Assembly: GCA_963829055.1 (NCBI GenBank)
Contig: CAWHHI010000012.1
Span: 504,696-568,695, forward strand
Source of the DNA: an uncultured Gemmatimonadaceae bacterium
Lineage (GTDB): Bacteria > Gemmatimonadota > Gemmatimonadetes > Gemmatimonadales > Gemmatimonadaceae
Reading direction: 5' to 3'
Length of the DNA stretch: 64,000 nucleotides
Position 1 is the first letter of the stretch; every line of letters begins with the position of its first letter. The position numbers were made by a program, and so were the translations under genes. Below, one piece after another: positions 59,696 to 64,000 of this stretch. Under the pieces are notes generated by a model that worked only from the letters and a program-made list of their open reading frames with translations, had not been told where the DNA came from and made no database searches.

Positions 59696-62490
59696 ATGAC
59701 ACATCCGAACACCTTCGGCAGCCGCGCGACGCTCGATGTCGCGGGGCGGCAGTTCACCATCTACCGCCTCGGCAGCGTCGCATCGCTCCAGGGCAGCACC
59801 GTGGATCGACTGCCGTTCAGCCTGAAGATCCTGCTCGAGAACCTGCTCCGAAACGAGGACGACGCGTTCGTCAAGCGAGCCGATGTCGAGGCGCTCGCGC
59901 GGTGGGATGTGAAGGCGAAGGTCGAGAAGGAAATCGCGTTCCGCACGAGCCGGGTGCTGCTGCAGGATTTCACCGGCGTCCCCTGCGTGGTGGACCTCGC
60001 CGCGATGCGCGACGCGATGGTCAAGCTCGGCGGCGATCCGAAACGCATCAACCCGCTCCAACCCGTCGATCTCGTGATCGACCACTCCGTCCAGGTGGAC
60101 GAGTATGGCAGCGAGGCTGCGTTCCTGCTGAACACCGAGAAGGAATTCGAGCGCAATCGCGAGCGCTACGTGTTTCTCCGATGGGGTCAGAACGCGCTCG
60201 ATAACTTCCGCGTCGTGCCGCCCGGCACCGGCATCTGCCATCAAGTCAACCTCGAGTACCTCGGACGCGTGGTGTTCACGCGAGAGCAGGACGGCGCGAC
60301 GGTCGCCTACCCCGACTCGCTCGTCGGCACCGACTCGCACACAACGATGATCAACGGACTCGGCGTGTTGGGCTGGGGCGTCGGTGGCATCGAAGCGGAA
60401 GCAGCCATGCTCGGCCAGCCGGTCTCGATGCTCATTCCCGAGGTCATCGGCTTCAAGGTCCACGGGAAGCTGCCGCCGGGTGCAACGGCCACGGATCTCG
60501 TGCTGACCGTCACCGAGATGCTTCGCAAGAAGAAGGTCGTCGGCAAGTTCGTCGAGTTCTACGGCAGCGGGCTGTCCACGCTCCCGCTCGCGGATCGCGC
60601 GACGATCGGCAACATGGCGCCCGAGTACGGCGCGACGATGGGCTTCTTCCCCGTCGACGCGCAGACGCTCGAGTACCTGCGCCTAACGGGACGCGGCGGC
60701 GACCACGCGCAAGCTGGTCGAGGCGTATTGCAGGGAACAGGGGTTATTCCGGACCGATGACATGCCGGACCCGATCTTCACCGACACGATCGAGCTCGAT
60801 CTCACGACGGTGGAGCCGAGCATCGCGGGACCGAAGCGGCCACAGGATCGCGTCCCGCTTCGCGAGACGAAGCCGATGTTCCGCGACGCGCTCAAGGCCG
60901 ATCTCGAGCGCCTTGCGGCTGGCGGTGGTAAGGCAACGGTGAAGCGTGCGACCGCGGTCTCGGCGGCGCCGGAGCTCGCGCCCTCGGTGGTGGCACTCGC
61001 ACCAGAGCAAGTGACTCCGGACGACGCCGGTGTGCCCGTGGAAATGAACGGCGCGACGCTTCACGCTGCGACACGGCTCTGTCGTGATCGCGGCGATCAC
61101 GAGCTGCACGAACACGTCCAATCCCTCGGTGATGCTCGGCGCGGGATTGCTCGCGCGCAACGCCGTGGCGAAGGGGCTGGAAACGAAGCCGTGGGTGAAG
61201 ACGAGCTGTGCACCTGGCTCGAAAGTGGTGCGAGACTACTACGAAGCCGCCGGTGTCATGCAGCCGCTCGAGAAGCTCGGCTTCCACATCGTAGGCTATG
61301 GCTGCACGACATGCATCGGGAACTCGGGACCGCTGCCCGAACCGGTCGCGCAGGCTGTCGAGGATAACAAGCTGGTGGTCGCGGCCGTGCTGTCGGGCAA
61401 TCGGAACTTCGAGGGCCGCGTCAACCCGCTCACGCGCTTCAACTATCTCATGTCCCCGCCGCTCGTCGTCGCGTTCGCGCTCGCCGGACGCATGGACATC
61501 GACTTCAACACCGAGCCGTTAGGCGTGGGCACCGACGGCCCGGTGTTCCTTCGTGACATCTGGCCGGCGCCGGCCGATGTGGACGCCGAGATCATGCGGT
61601 CCGTCAAGTCGGAGCAGTTCGTGCGTCAGTACGCGAACGTGTTCGAGGGTGACGAGGAGTGGCGCGCGATCGACGTGCCGACGGGCGCTCTGTACGCGTG
61701 GAGCGACGACTCGACATACGTGAAGAACCCGCCCTACTTCGAGGGCATGACGATGCAGCCGCCGGGTGTCCGGCCCATCACCGGCGCGCGGGCGTTAGGC
61801 ATGTTCGGCGACTCCATCACCACCGACCACATCTCACCGGCCGGCAACATTGCGGCGGCGAGCCCCGCCGGGAAATGGCTCATCGCGCAGGGTGTGCCGA
61901 CCAAGGACTTCAACTCGTACGGCGCGCGCCGCGGCAACCACGAAGTGATGATGCGCGGCACGTTCGCCAACATCCGTCTGCGGAACGAGCTCGCGGGCGG
62001 AAAGGAAGGCTGGTGGACCGCCACGGAACCGGGCGCGGAGCCGCGGCCGATCTTCGATGTGTCGATGGAGCTGCAGCAACAGGGGACGCCGCTCGTCATC
62101 ATCGCCGGCAAGGAGTACGGGACCGGATCGTCTCGCGATTGGGCCGCCAAGGGAACGGCGTTGCTCGGTGTGCGCGCGGTGATCGCGGAATCGTTCGAGC
62201 GCATTCACCGCTCGAATCTCGTGGGCATGGGCGTGCTTCCGCTCGAGCTCACGGGCGGCGACACGCGTCAGACGTTAGGCCTGACGGGATTCGAGACGTT
62301 CGACATCACCGGACTCGATGACTCGCTGCGTCCGCGCGCGACGTTGACGGTCACAGCACGCGCCGCCGGCGGCGAAGCGAAGACGTTCACGGCCCTCGCC
62401 CGGATCGACACGCCCGAGGAGCTCAGCTACTACAAACACGGCGGGATTCTGCCGTACGTCCTCAGACAGCTCGTCGGCGGTCGTGCCTAA
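59696..62490 (+). CDS. acnA: Aconitate hydratase A (frameshifts near 60700-60760 and 61065)
   Basis: [55 protein letters not shown]. Confidence 0.96.
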
Positions 62491-62510
62491 CGGCCGATAG
62501 ACACCGGCAC

Positions 62511-63170
62511 TCAGTCGCCCGAGCGAACGCCCTCGGGGTCCGTTTCTTCTGAAGCGGCGCCCCGAGGGTTTTCCTTTCGCGCGCGCCGCATTGCGGCCTT
62601 CGGCCGTCTCGCCTGCTCGATCTGCGCGATCAGGTCGCGCTCGATGCGATCGGGATCGAGCGGGCCGAGCATCTCGCGAAGCTCGCCGTCCTCGCCGACC
62701 TGGTAGCCGAGCCGCGCGTACAGTCCGGCCACGAGCTGGAGCGTCTTCGTGACTTCCTCCTCCATGCGGAGGATGACCTGCAGGCTGACCTCTTCACGGA
62801 GCTCCGCCACGGCGGACTCGCGTGACTGCGCCATCAGCACGAAGATCGAGAGCACGATCGCTTCGAGCGACACGATCATCGTCAGGAGTCCGAACGGAAA
62901 CGGGTCGAACGCGCGCATGCCCCGAAACCCGGTGTTCGCGAGCGTCCAGATGGCGAACCAGACAACATGGAACAGGAGGAACGGCGTCGACGCCGCAACG
63001 CGCGTCAGGCGGTCAGCAATGACTTCGATGCGCGATCGTTGATTGGCATGTTGCGCGGCGAGCGAGAGACGCGCCCGCGTCGTCCCGACTCGGCGCGACG
63101 GACTGTGCTCGCGCCGGTCGTCAGAAACGCCCTCGAGCTCGCTCCACGTGTCGTCGGTCGCATCAGTCAT
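62511..63170 (-). CDS. DUF1003 membrane protein
   Basis: FDPFPFGLLTMIVSLEAIVLSIFVLMAQSR. Confidence 0.88.
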   Translation of the reverse strand: MTDATDDTWSELEGVSDDRREHSPSRRVGTTRARLSLAAQHANQRSRIEVIADRLTRVAASTPFLLFHVVWFAIWTLANTGFRGMRAFDPFPFGLLTMIVSLEAIVLSIFVLMAQSRESAVAELREEVSLQVILRMEEEVTKTLQLVAGLYARLGYQVGEDGELREMLGPLDPDRIERDLIAQIEQARRPKAAMRRARKENPRGAASEETDPEGVRSGD

Positions 63171-63233
63171 GTCAGTCACGATGGTCGGGGAAGGCTAGAA
63201 GTATGCCCGAGTCAGCCATAACGCCGAATGAAC

Positions 63234-63264
63234 AACGCGGCGCCCGACCTTCGGGCGCCGCGTT
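63234..63264 (-). terminator. Hairpin terminator downstream of the lipoprotein gene
   Basis: aacgcggcgcccga-cct-tcgggcgccgcgtt. Confidence 0.65.
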
Positions 63265-63341
63265 TGATCGTTCGCGAACTCACGTGCTTCGTTGCTCTGC
63301 TGACGTGTTCCCGGTCCTGCGGTACCGCGGTACTAAGGTGC

Positions 63342-63834
63342 TTAGAACGGAATCTTCTTGAGGTCGACGTTGTTGCCGATGACAGCGCCGAGCACGCTGC
63401 CGGCCACGCCGCCAATGACGGCACCCTTGAGCTTGTCGCGCGTCGTCACGGCCCCGATCGCTGCACCGGCGACGCCGCCGATGATCGCGTCACGCTTCGT
63501 GTTCTTCACAACGCGGGTACCGGTCCCGGCTGCTGTGCCCGTCGAATACGTGCCGCTCGACCTGCTTGCCGGGGCGCGGTAGATCCGCCGCTGCGCGACA
63601 GGCTGCGGCGCGCTGGGGTAGTAGCCGGCTGGCTGCTGGGCGTACTGGCCGTACCCGTAGCCCGGCATAGCCCTGCTCCATCGGCGAAACGAACTGCTGC
63701 GGGGCATACGGCTGCATCGACGTGGCCAGCGACAGGTCGTTCTTGAGCGCGTCGTCCATGGGCGTGTCTTTCTGGCCACAGGCAGCCGCGAGCACCAGCG
63801 CAGGCACTACGAGCATCTTCACGGATCTATGCAT
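63342..63834 (-). CDS. Glycine-zipper lipoprotein (frameshift near 63660)
   Basis: MHRSVKMLVVPALVLAAAC lipobox with GAGGAGG RBS; RDAIIGGVAGAAIGA...KGAVIGGVAGSVLGAVIG. Confidence 0.8.
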
Positions 63835-64000
63835 GGTCGTTCCTCCTCGTTGAGCTGCGCCGCGATGGCCGCGGCGATCGGCCCCTGTAAGGGCAGCATG
63901 CGTACCCTCGGTTGGCCCGCGATTCACGCGCTCAACGCGCTTCGTTATCCACTGTAGAGGACACCATCTGTCCAAGGAAGCAGACCGGAGCTTACGAGGC

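Overview
High-GC chromosomal segment of a diderm bacterium (lptFG, MlaE/MlaD, two Oar-like TonB-dependent receptors, SprA-like gene). Gene content and protein style suggest Gemmatimonadota (inference only). Most of it is core or housekeeping: ctaA/ctaB, ccmABCD, ppa, acs, DsbA/VKOR, psuG, a kynureninase-like enzyme, acnA, three APC permeases and several peptidases. No tRNA, rRNA, CRISPR array, integrase or transposase was seen. Many genes, especially near both ends, carry single-base frameshifts that look like long-read or low-coverage assembly errors. Most interesting signals: (1) a non-palindromic octamer GCCTAACG/CGTTAGGC found at least 29 times on both strands, mostly inside CDSs via rare codons; (2) a GEMM-I riboswitch with the G20A change typical of 3',3'-cGAMP sensors, upstream of a STAS protein; (3) a sortase coupled to an APDTG-tailed substrate in a diderm; (4) a FAD oxidoreductase/flavin reductase/methyltransferase/SRPBCC cyclase/ketosynthase cluster with no ACP; (5) a patatin-ferredoxin fusion; (6) an AdoMetDC-like protein with Cys in place of the pyruvoyl-forming Ser; (7) several REP/MITE-like intergenic palindromes.
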